Of a stretch of 64,000 bases of DNA, positions 55,914 through 64,000 are shown piece after piece. The notes beneath the pieces were generated by a model, which was given only the letters and a program-made list of their open reading frames with translations, made no database searches and was not told where the DNA came from. How positions within the stretch are numbered: the stretch's first letter is position 1; each line of letters opens with the position of its first letter. Source of the DNA: a bacterium (GTDB taxonomy: Bacteria > Zhuqueibacterota > Zhuqueibacteria > Residuimicrobiales > Krinioviventaceae); assembly GCA_963675755.2 (NCBI GenBank), contig CAXXMD010000002.1:1280001-1344000 (forward strand), given 5' to 3'. The translations under genes were made by a program, and so were the position numbers.

Positions 55914-58900
55914 TTATTTCAACAAAATACATTTTTGAATTTTCGTATATCCTTCCGTCACCATCCGGATAAAGTATGTTCCTGACGACCGGTTGCCTGC
56001 CTGCCAGTTAATCGTGTACCTGCCGGAAGCTTTGTGCTCATCCACCAGCGTTTCAACCAGACTGCCGTTGATGTTATAAATGCTAACGGATACATGTTGT
56101 GCAGTAGGAACATCGAACGTGATATTCGTAGTCGGATTAAACGGATTGGGATAATTGCCGTACAGCGCAAATGTCGTCGGTTGTTCAGACAAGCCTGCAA
56201 TACCCGTAGGGAACTGGAGTTTGATATAATCGGTCTTGGACAATTTGGCTATGCCCCCCGGTCCCGTGACCTTTAGTGTTACCGTATATGTATCCACTTT
56301 GGTGTAAACATGCAACGGATGTTGTTCTGTGCTGGTATTACCGTCACCAAAATCCCAGAACCATGAGGTAATAGTACCCTTGGAACTGTCTGCAAATTGC
56401 ACTGTCAAGGGGACAGACCCTTCTGTTATATCCGCTGCAAACTGCGCGACCGGTAGCGGTTCAACCACAATGATATAGTCTTCTTTTATAATCTGGTCCG
56501 CCCCATTGGGACCAGTAACCGTCAGCTTTACATCGAATGTATCTACAGCAGTGTATTCATGCACAGGATTCTGTTCAGTACTGGTGGAACCGTCACCAAA
56601 ATCCCAGCTCCACGCATTGATAGAGCCTGATGATTCGTCTGTAAATGAAACTGTTAATGGATTTTCTCCACTTGTTGTATCTGCGCTGAACGCAGCTACC
56701 GGAGTTGCATCGGTTACGTATACCGTATCGGTTTTGCTGTCACTACCGTCTGTACTGCTGACAGTCAGAGTTACATAATAGGTGTCCGCTGCTGCAAAAG
56801 TATGCTCTGGATTTTGCTCGGTACTGCTTTCTCCATCGCTAAAGTCCCATGCCCAATTTTCTACCAATCCTGTGGACTGGTCTGTAAACTGTACGGTAAG
56901 CGGTGCCTCACCGGATTTGGGCAGATGGGTAAAATCCGCAACCGGTGGCAGTGTCTCGGGAATATCCAACAGCACAACATACTGGCATTCAGATCCATTT
57001 GCACCTTCAGCCAGGTTGCCGCCAAGTATCAATTCACCAGAGGTGACTTTTCTTTTATATAAATCCAAGTATTCTGCTTCATCGCTGATTCCAATCTGAT
57101 CTCCAGTAGCTGTATATTGGTCAGCAATCCAGTTTGGCAAAGATGCGGCACGGCTGTCATAAGCAATATAAACAGTTCCGTTGCCATTCAAACGTACTGT
57201 ACACAGGGTATCTGAGGTATTACTTTTTTGGTCATTGGGCAATTGCAGCCACAATAATCCCATCAAACTGTCAGGTACTGATGTGATATGATAGCCCCGA
57301 TCAGTGTAATAGCTGTCACATATCTGTAAAAATCCCGGTTGATACAGAACAGAATCACCTGCTGTGATCTGATGACGCACGGTATCGGTAGTAATACGAT
57401 ACGGTAAAATAATGATAGAGTCAGGATATTCGTAACCCATTAAATTCTGAAAAACAATCGAGTTACCGGGTTTTTCTTCAAACCCAAACCAGAGAGACAA
57501 TTCAGCAGCATTTACAGCATTTTGCTCATTAGTCAGAATTGTATATAATTCTGCTGAATTGCAGACATCTGTCAAATTTTCCCAACCATCAATACTCACA
57601 TTATGTTGGTTGTTTATTGCATCACCAATAGCAGATTGTGGATTTATCTGACCGTTCCCTCTACCAATAGCAGCATCCGGAGAATCTTCCAACTGCATTG
57701 CTAGTTTTACAGAATTCTCAAAATCCAGTGAACCTTTTAACACAATATTTAAAAAATTGCCTTGAGTAAATTGATCAGCAAAAGCCTCTGCCCCGTCATT
57801 TTTCAACAACTCTTGAAATTGGTTTTGCGTTATAGGATTATAACCAAAAATTTCTGTTTGTTTATCATTTTGCAGTTTGTAACCGGTTATTTCAAAAATA
57901 TCAGGATAGTTTGTATTGTCATTGTTTTTATCAAAGGTAATATACTCACCCAAAGATTTATTAAAGCTCATCCACAAAATCACACCAGTAGTATCTTGCG
58001 GATCATTAGTTGATAATTCAGTCTTGAAATACAATTCTTGAGTAAACAAATAATCAATTTCCTGCCAATTCACATCATTCATTTCAACAGCACTATCAGA
58101 ATCTGGCCCTATTTTACAAATATTACCATTGTTAGATATGGCTCGGCCAATAACAGCCAGCGGAGTCTGCTCCAGATAAGCAGTAATATATTCCACAACA
58201 GTTTCATGGCTATGCTCTTTGGGTAAACCCGCAATCTTGAGCTCGCAAACATAAGGTGCATCTAATTTTTCCAAATATTGAGATGGCAACGTATTACTCA
58301 TAAAATTATTAAAATCAGAACTCGTAATTGTTTGCTGATCTATTATTGCAGTATGATCAGTCGTATAGGCATTAATAGTAAATGAGGGCTTACAATCTCC
58401 ATAGTCTTCATAAACAATCTCGTCCCCCAAAGATGAATATGAACCAATCCAAATATCAATTCTTGCATACACATGCGTCTTGACACTTTGAAACATAGAA
58501 AAATATGTTTTTTTATATGCAAAGTACTGTGTAATGTTAAACCATTCTTCTGCATTGCGATAATTAAGAATTAAACACGAATCTGGGTTGGTGCGATAAG
58601 ACAAATTAATCCCTAAATCAATATTACCACATCCCACATCTTCTTCAGAATAAAGTTTACCAATCACCAAAGACGGTGCAGTTTCAAGTTTCCAAAGGAA
58701 ATCAGTACCTTCATTATAATCATTAGATCCAGTTAATTTTATTTTATAGACAAATGGATAATTAGGCAAGTTTGCATAATCATCCGCACCACTTTCTTTT
58801 ATCAACTCCTCAAGCTCAGCTCGAGGTATATATTCATGTTCAATAGGTATTCTTTTTTCATTCTCTTGTGCAAAACCAATATTTACAATCACACAACAAA

Positions 58901-58931
58901 AGAACAAAAAGCTCAATATCACTCGTCTCAT
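55914..58931 (-). CDS. Secreted PKD-domain protein with T9SS/FlgD-type tail, array copy D (first transcribed)
   Basis: Start ATG 58931 (MRRVILS) after AAGGGAG. N-terminal half closest to copy A. 3 PKD (the first reads WDFSDG) and the same tail. Confidence 0.85.
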   Translation of the reverse strand: MRRVILSFLFFCCVIVNIGFAQENEKRIPIEHEYIPRAELEELIKESGADDYANLPNYPFVYKIKLTGSNDYNEGTDFLWKLETAPSLVIGKLYSEEDVGCGNIDLGINLSYRTNPDSCLILNYRNAEEWFNITQYFAYKKTYFSMFQSVKTHVYARIDIWIGSYSSLGDEIVYEDYGDCKPSFTINAYTTDHTAIIDQQTITSSDFNNFMSNTLPSQYLEKLDAPYVCELKIAGLPKEHSHETVVEYITAYLEQTPLAVIGRAISNNGNICKIGPDSDSAVEMNDVNWQEIDYLFTQELYFKTELSTNDPQDTTGVILWMSFNKSLGEYITFDKNNDNTNYPDIFEITGYKLQNDKQTEIFGYNPITQNQFQELLKNDGAEAFADQFTQGNFLNIVLKGSLDFENSVKLAMQLEDSPDAAIGRGNGQINPQSAIGDAINNQHNVSIDGWENLTDVCNSAELYTILTNEQNAVNAAELSLWFGFEEKPGNSIVFQNLMGYEYPDSIIILPYRITTDTVRHQITAGDSVLYQPGFLQICDSYYTDRGYHITSVPDSLMGLLWLQLPNDQKSNTSDTLCTVRLNGNGTVYIAYDSRAASLPNWIADQYTATGDQIGISDEAEYLDLYKRKVTSGELILGGNLAEGANGSECQYVVLLDIPETLPPVADFTHLPKSGEAPLTVQFTDQSTGLVENWAWDFSDGESSTEQNPEHTFAAADTYYVTLTVSSTDGSDSKTDTVYVTDATPVAAFSADTTSGENPLTVSFTDESSGSINAWSWDFGDGSTSTEQNPVHEYTAVDTFDVKLTVTGPNGADQIIKEDYIIVVEPLPVAQFAADITEGSVPLTVQFADSSKGTITSWFWDFGDGNTSTEQHPLHVYTKVDTYTVTLKVTGPGGIAKLSKTDYIKLQFPTGIAGLSEQPTTFALYGNYPNPFNPTTNITFDVPTAQHVSVSIYNINGSLVETLVDEHKASGRYTINWQAGNRSSGTYFIRMVTEGYTKIQKCILLK

Positions 58932-59220
58932 CAGAGTCTCCCCTTTACAAATTATAATAAAATTATTAAAAAATATAAATAGTATGGCAATAAAGACAAC
59001 TGCCAAAAATTTAATGAAGAAATGAGATTGTAGTTTTTTAAGTGGGGAAATTCTTGACCCGCCCCTAAAAAGCAGGAAAAAATCTTGTTTATATAAATGA
59101 AATCATATATACTATATAATATTACTAATTTTATATTACAAAATTTTTCCAATGAATGCAAATATATTTTTCATAAATAAATCATATTTGCATCCCATGT
59201 TATTCAATGGAGGATCTGTT

Positions 59221-61314
59221 ATGGACCGCATTGTATTCTATTTGTTTCTCACCACACTATTCTTTTCAAATCTCCAGGCTCAATCATTACCTGTTGAAAA
59301 AAGTGCCTCACATGATCAAAGTAACAACATCCGTCAATACCTGAACCGTGTTGCCAGTGAAATCACCCATAACTCTCTTTCAAACATTAACAGCAGTGAA
59401 CAATGGAAGCAAATACGAGACGAAAAATACAAACAGTTCACGAGTATGATGGGCCTCATAGATGTTCCCCTCAATGGTGAACGCTCACCCCTCAAGACTG
59501 AAATTGTGGGCACCATACAAAAACAGGGATACAAGATCGTCAAACTGCATTATCAGTCCTTGCCCAATCTATACGTACCTGCCGATCTGTATATCCCTGA
59601 TGATACCAGTACTCCCCGCCCTGCAATTCTCTATGTGTGCGGACATTCACGCACGCAAAAAGTCCATTATCAGCCTCACGCACGTCGATTTGCTGAACTG
59701 GGATTTGTTTGCCTCATCATTGAAACCATTCAATGGGGTGAAATTCGGGGTGAGCATTGGGGATGTTATGCAAACGGCTTGTTCAATTGGTACAGTCTGG
59801 GCTATACTCCCGGCGGTGTAGAACTCTGGAATGCAATTCGCGGAATCGATCTTTTATGCGAACGACCTGAAGTAGACCCTGAACGATTGGGTGTAACCGG
59901 TATTTCCGGAGGTGGTTCACAATCATGGTATATTGCCGCTGCTGATCCCCGCATCAAAGCCGCTGCACCTGTCTGCGGTGCCAGCACACTGGAAGCACAG
60001 ATCCATACACGCACTATTGACGGACATTGTGACTGCATGATGCCACCCAACACGTATCTCTGGGATTTTACAGATATCGGAGCATTGTTTGCCCCCAAAC
60101 CTTTGCTAATTGGACAGGCAAACCGGGATGGTCTCAACACCATAGAGTCCGTAAGAGACATCTATTTTCGATTAAAAGATTTTTACGAATTATTTGATGC
60201 CAAAGAAAACATTAGTCTTGTTGAATCTCCCGGTGGACACTCTTATCACAAAACATCAAGACAAAAGATCTTTTCGTTTTTCCTCAAACATCTCATGAAC
60301 AAGGATGTGTATTATGCGGATATAGCAGATGTCGATGAAGATCCGGAAAAGCAACTGACTGCGGAAGAATTAAAAATCTTTATCAATGGTCCCTTTCCTG
60401 GTGACAGAACAACAACCATACAGGATTCATTTATCAAACCTGCAATTGCACCTAAAATTGCCACACTCGAAGACTTGGAAAAACATCGGGACTGGGTAAT
60501 CAATAATCTAAAGGAACAAACCTTTGGAGCTTTTCCAGAGGAAACGGTTAAACTCAATCCGCGCCTTGAATTCAGGACTTTAGATGGTGGTGAGTATGGA
60601 CGAACCGTATACAGTTTTGTATCAGAACAGGATTGGCGGCTCAAAATTGACATCCATTGGAAACATCCGCAAGACGAGCCTAATCCAATTTTAATCGTAC
60701 TACGAAATGCCAATGCCCAACGATGGGAAGCAGAAGGATTCATTGGAGAACTGGCTTATAATATGAATGTGGCATATTTAGAAGTCCGTGGTGTAGGTGA
60801 AGCCGGGTGGGCACCGGAACTGCAATGGCATATCCGCCGTGCAGCTGCCTGGACAGGACGAACAATAGCCAGTATGCAGGTATATGATCTTTTAAAAAGT
60901 ATTGAATTTTGCAAAAGCTTACAAGGTGTTGATTCTAATAAAATACAAATTGCAGCCAAAGATGATATGACAGTTACAGCATTATATGCTGCATTGTTAG
61001 ATGGTACGATTAACGCGCTGCTTTTACAAAATCCTCCTGAATCCCAAAATTCAGCATCTGCAAAAGATGGAACCGGGCCTGCTATTGAAATGCTCAACTG
61101 TCTGCGATTTACAGACATTAATCATATACCAGGACTACTTTTTCCAACGAAAATAGCATTCATGCAAGATGTTCCACAGACTTTTGTCTGGTCAGAAAAC
61201 ATCTATAAAAATTTTGGAAAAGAATCAGCATTTATGAAAATTAAAGAGGCAAAAAAATTTAAGCAGATAAAAAAAACGCCGGTTAATAATAAACCGGCGT
61301 TTTGGAGGAGCTGA
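59221..61314 (+). CDS. Secreted tandem alpha/beta-hydrolase (acetylxylan esterase / dienelactone hydrolase-like)
   Basis: Start ATG 59221 after GGAGGA. Signal peptide, PAILYVCGH, RPEVDPERLGVTGISGGG (nucleophile elbow), HCDC, GGHSY, and a second degenerate hydrolase domain (EVRGVGE, MQVYDL). Confidence 0.82.
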   Translation: MDRIVFYLFLTTLFFSNLQAQSLPVEKSASHDQSNNIRQYLNRVASEITHNSLSNINSSEQWKQIRDEKYKQFTSMMGLIDVPLNGERSPLKTEIVGTIQKQGYKIVKLHYQSLPNLYVPADLYIPDDTSTPRPAILYVCGHSRTQKVHYQPHARRFAELGFVCLIIETIQWGEIRGEHWGCYANGLFNWYSLGYTPGGVELWNAIRGIDLLCERPEVDPERLGVTGISGGGSQSWYIAAADPRIKAAAPVCGASTLEAQIHTRTIDGHCDCMMPPNTYLWDFTDIGALFAPKPLLIGQANRDGLNTIESVRDIYFRLKDFYELFDAKENISLVESPGGHSYHKTSRQKIFSFFLKHLMNKDVYYADIADVDEDPEKQLTAEELKIFINGPFPGDRTTTIQDSFIKPAIAPKIATLEDLEKHRDWVINNLKEQTFGAFPEETVKLNPRLEFRTLDGGEYGRTVYSFVSEQDWRLKIDIHWKHPQDEPNPILIVLRNANAQRWEAEGFIGELAYNMNVAYLEVRGVGEAGWAPELQWHIRRAAAWTGRTIASMQVYDLLKSIEFCKSLQGVDSNKIQIAAKDDMTVTALYAALLDGTINALLLQNPPESQNSASAKDGTGPAIEMLNCLRFTDINHIPGLLFPTKIAFMQDVPQTFVWSENIYKNFGKESAFMKIKEAKKFKQIKKTPVNNKPAFWRS
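61271..61302. terminator. Bidirectional terminator-like hairpin between convergent genes
   Basis: AAAAAACGCCGGTT-AATAATA-AACCGGCGTTTT, overlapping the last codons of the hydrolase ORF as assembled. Confidence 0.75.
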
Positions 61315-61332
61315 TCACAACCTGAATGATCG

Positions 61333-62664
61333 TTAAATTTCGGGCAAGCTTATAATAAACCGTACTCCATGTTCAAGATTCTCCACAGTGAACGATCCTT
61401 TATGCTTTACAATAATTTCTTTACATATCATGAGACCAAAACGATTTTCCAAATCGGCTTCTACATTTGTCAAAGGCTGAAACAATTGTTTCAACTCGCT
61501 TTTATCAAGACCTTTAAACCGATTGCTGAATAACAACTTTACTCTACCCTGATCAGAATTATAGCAGGTTTGCAGATTAAAGTTATAAATATTGGTTTTC
61601 TCTATGAAAAAATTACAAATATTATACAATGCTAAATGCATCTGGGTTTTATCAATTTTAACATCAGGGATATCACTTTGTATCTGAACATCAAAAATAG
61701 GATTATTCTTTGCATAAATAGTATGTATAAAATCCATAAACTCTTTAACAAGATCATTTATACTACAATTGGCAAGCCGGGTCTCTATTCTGATATTATC
61801 AACCAATCCATTTGACATGCTCTGCAATTCTTTTAACAAAAATGATATATTACCCAACTTGTCTGCAACGCGATCCAGATTTGCATTTTTTTCCAAATAG
61901 CGGGTAACCAGTTCAAGACTGCTGCTGGTTTCAAGGAGAAAATTATTCAAAAGATGACCTATGCTTGCTGCAACTTTGGTTTCAGCAGCAACTTTTTCAA
62001 CATCTATTAATGCACCAGACGTATTTGAAAGACTGACAAAAGATTGCTCCTGCAATTGATAAAACATGGCATTTCGAATTGCAATAGCTGCCTGGGTTGA
62101 AAAATGCTGTACCAATTCCTGTTTAATTTTGGAATCACCAATTAATGGATTCTCGCTATCTGCATAAATTAATCCCAGGATATCATTATCAATGATTAAC
62201 GGACAACAGATAATACTCTTGGAATCCAGATGTTTATTGGGGAATAATTGTACTTTGGATACGTCATCAAAGTAATAGATGGCTTTGTGTTGATAAGTTT
62301 TTAATAATATATTTTTTACAATCTTGAAATTTTTCTTGTCCAGATTATTATGATTTGCATCACGAGCAATTTTAAATTCAAGTCGTCCCTGAGGTGTTTT
62401 TAATAATAAAAAACCTCTTTCTGCCTGAATAACAGAAATAAGAGAATCAATTACAGATTCCAGAACCTCATCAAGACTTAGGGTTGAATAGATTTGACCA
62501 AAGCTGTTAACTACGGTTGAAATATAATCCCAATGTTCCGGGGAGTGGTCCAGGGTAGGATCAAGTTGATATTTATCGTGATCTTTGAAATCCAGATTTT
62601 CTTGTTGAAAGTCAATAAAATGTTCATCATCACGAATGAGTTCTTTATTTAAGTCGTTCTTCAT
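61333..62664 (-). CDS. GAF-domain protein with a degenerate HisKA/HATPase_c module
   Basis: GAF (STLSLDEVLESVID...AERGFLLL...SIICCPL...GLIYADS...QAAIAIRNA), H-box-like SIGHLLNN, eroded N and G1 boxes, FGLMICKEIIVKHKG. Start ATG 62664 after GGAGGA. Confidence 0.78.
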   Translation of the reverse strand: MKNDLNKELIRDDEHFIDFQQENLDFKDHDKYQLDPTLDHSPEHWDYISTVVNSFGQIYSTLSLDEVLESVIDSLISVIQAERGFLLLKTPQGRLEFKIARDANHNNLDKKNFKIVKNILLKTYQHKAIYYFDDVSKVQLFPNKHLDSKSIICCPLIIDNDILGLIYADSENPLIGDSKIKQELVQHFSTQAAIAIRNAMFYQLQEQSFVSLSNTSGALIDVEKVAAETKVAASIGHLLNNFLLETSSSLELVTRYLEKNANLDRVADKLGNISFLLKELQSMSNGLVDNIRIETRLANCSINDLVKEFMDFIHTIYAKNNPIFDVQIQSDIPDVKIDKTQMHLALYNICNFFIEKTNIYNFNLQTCYNSDQGRVKLLFSNRFKGLDKSELKQLFQPLTNVEADLENRFGLMICKEIIVKHKGSFTVENLEHGVRFIISLPEI

Positions 62665-62710
62665 TGCCCGACATCCTCCACACCACACTATCCTGCTATA
62701 TTAGCTATAT

Positions 62711-62738
62711 AAAAAGCAAAGGGCCCGAGTAGGGCCCT
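62711..62738 (-). terminator. Rho-independent terminator of the 62751..63332 gene
   Basis: Minus strand reads AGGGCCC-TACTC-GGGCCCT-TTGCTTTTT, 13 nt after the stop. Confidence 0.7.
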
Positions 62739-62750
62739 GTTGTATTTACA

Positions 62751-63332
62751 TCAATCTTTTGTAATCAAGTAAATCGAAAAATGTTCAATATCAAATGTTA
62801 CACATTGACGGCCTCTGTCCCATTTGAATTTGGAATCATTTGCTGCTGCTGAATTGGAAACTTTGACCCATTTAGATCCGTTCCAGTTCCACAGAGAAAC
62901 GTTATCATTTTGAAGTTCTTGAAAATTCATAACCAGTTTCGCACTGGGTGTAAACTCTAAACCTGAAGGATCAAAAGTAAAAATTAAATCACCATCAGAA
63001 GTCAAATCTGCTTGAGCATAAATGCGAGTATTGCTTTTTGAGCTCATGGAGAATGGAGGTACATACAAGTAACCAATATTGCGTTTGCCAATCCATCCAC
63101 CTTTGCGGTAATTGATTTTTTTGCTTGTTTTCCAGGTTTTAACGATAGTGAAATCGTCATAAGGTAACTCGTCAACACCAGTAATTCCAGCTATTTGATC
63201 CACCCCCATCCCATCATCATCACTCTGTGTTACATCTGCCAATGGTGCATTCGGCATTTTTTCACAACCGGTTAGTTGCAAACCTACGATCACCATGATC
63301 GCTACGAACAACAACCCTCTTAAATGTTTCAT
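62751..63332 (-). CDS. Lipoprotein with a ZU5-like domain ending in an HFS motif
   Basis: Lipobox LQLTG|C, GGWI....LYVPP, FTFDPSGLEFTPSAKL, and C-terminal VTFDIEHFSIYLITKD. GAGGAG RBS. Confidence 0.75.
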   Translation of the reverse strand: MKHLRGLLFVAIMVIVGLQLTGCEKMPNAPLADVTQSDDDGMGVDQIAGITGVDELPYDDFTIVKTWKTSKKINYRKGGWIGKRNIGYLYVPPFSMSSKSNTRIYAQADLTSDGDLIFTFDPSGLEFTPSAKLVMNFQELQNDNVSLWNWNGSKWVKVSNSAAANDSKFKWDRGRQCVTFDIEHFSIYLITKD

Positions 63333-63398
63333 CTCTCTCTCCTCTTACTATTTATTTTGATTGTGATTAGGGGTCTTTTTTAAATTTACTTTATAACA

Positions 63399-63414
63399 AG
63401 CAAATTGTAGGCCA
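63399..63414 (-). promoter_or_regulatory. Sigma54 (-24/-12) promoter
   Basis: Minus strand reads TGGCCTACAATTTGCT with exact GG-N10-GC spacing, 67 nt upstream of ATG 63332. Confidence 0.75.
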
Positions 63415-63573
63415 GAAATTGTCAAAAGAACATCGAAAAACCTATAAAAATGCAAAAAATCACGCAATATCTAATTATTTATACTGATTTTTTACATAAT
63501 TTCAAAGAAAAATATTCAAATTTTCAAATATAATCAAAAAACTACCCGAAAATTACTCAAAGATCTATGTTTA

Positions 63574-63611
63574 TGTTGCTCTAGCTGGACAACTGTTGAT
63601 TTTATGGGACA
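63574..63611. promoter_or_regulatory. Tandem TGT-N12-ACA upstream activator sites
   Basis: TGTTGCTCTAGCTGGACA (63574-63591) and TGTTGATTTTATGGGACA (63594-63611), 20 bp apart and 160-200 bp upstream of the sigma54 promoter. Confidence 0.6.
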
Positions 63612-63619
63612 ATAAAACA

Positions 63620-64000
63620 TCACATTGATGCTTTGACTGTCTTTATACTTTGCAGCAAGTCCATATTTTCCGGATATTTTATTAATGATTGCTTATAAGA
63701 GTCTGGTTCGATATGAGTCAAACATAACTTTAAACATTGGTATGCTTTACGGAAACATTTATAACTCTTGATTTTATCTCCGGCTTTGAAATACATCTTA
63801 CCTCGAAGATAATAAATGCTTTTTACTTGCAGCATTAACCCCATCGATTGCGCAATTTCTTCTGCACGGTCCAGAGTTTTCTCAATCACTTCTATAGGTT
63901 TCTGCGCTTTGTACATTGCGTTTGCAAACAAGATCATTATTTGCAATTTATACCACTTGAAATTAGAATCTTCTATAACCTTTTGCAATGATGGCAATAT
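63620..64000 (-). CDS. C-terminal TPR-like helical part of a larger protein (runs off the window end)
   Basis: Frame open to position 64000. YYLRGKMYFKAGDKIKSYKCFRKAYQ is TPR-like. The end YKQSLIKYPENMDLL resembles tails of kinase/ATPase-TPR signalling proteins. Confidence 0.6.
   Translation of the reverse strand: MLPSLQKVIEDSNFKWYKLQIMILFANAMYKAQKPIEVIEKTLDRAEEIAQSMGLMLQVKSIYYLRGKMYFKAGDKIKSYKCFRKAYQCLKLCLTHIEPDSYKQSLIKYPENMDLLQSIKTVKASM

Noticed and set aside
59156-59193. Inverted repeat ATGCAAATAT...ATATTTGCAT upstream of the esterase
   Set aside because: AT-rich arms with a long spacer could arise by chance in this context, and no second copy supports it as an operator.

Overview
Bacterial, AT-rich (visually about 40% GC) chromosomal window. 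The C-terminal sorting domains (YPNPFNP...LLK), TMGH-type ValRS and NfnAB suggest an anaerobic FCB-superphylum-type organism (KSB1/Calditrichota/Ignavibacteria-like; inference only). Left to right: 5' end of valS; a LapA-type membrane protein; a sigma54-promoter-driven lipoprotein with a perfect upstream palindrome; a frameshifted REC-PAS-histidine kinase and a GAFTGA-less NtrC-like regulator; nfnAB with a candidate Rex box; a GH2 glycosidase; a two-gene pair (sorting-domain protein without an enzymatic domain plus a FISUMP protein); a 33-kb, 20-gene co-directional glycan/sugar-acid catabolic operon behind a LacI-type operator (GH106, two DUF4838, two DUF1080, two BNR, beta-helix, AraD-like DapA protein, UroD-like, SDR, Zn-ADH, MBL, DUF362, VOC and several uncharacterised enzymes); a CNNM/CBS protein; a 12.4-kb tandem array of four mosaic ~1000-aa secreted proteins (three copies of an unrecognised variable domain, one further domain, 3xPKD, sorting tail) separated by a conserved hairpin spacer; an alpha/beta-hydrolase; a degenerate GAF kinase; a second sigma54-driven lipoprotein ending in a ZU5-like HFS motif; and the 3' end of a TPR-like gene. 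I saw no rRNA, tRNA, CRISPR array, transposase, integrase or reverse transcriptase. All family calls come from motif recognition by eye, not from database searches.
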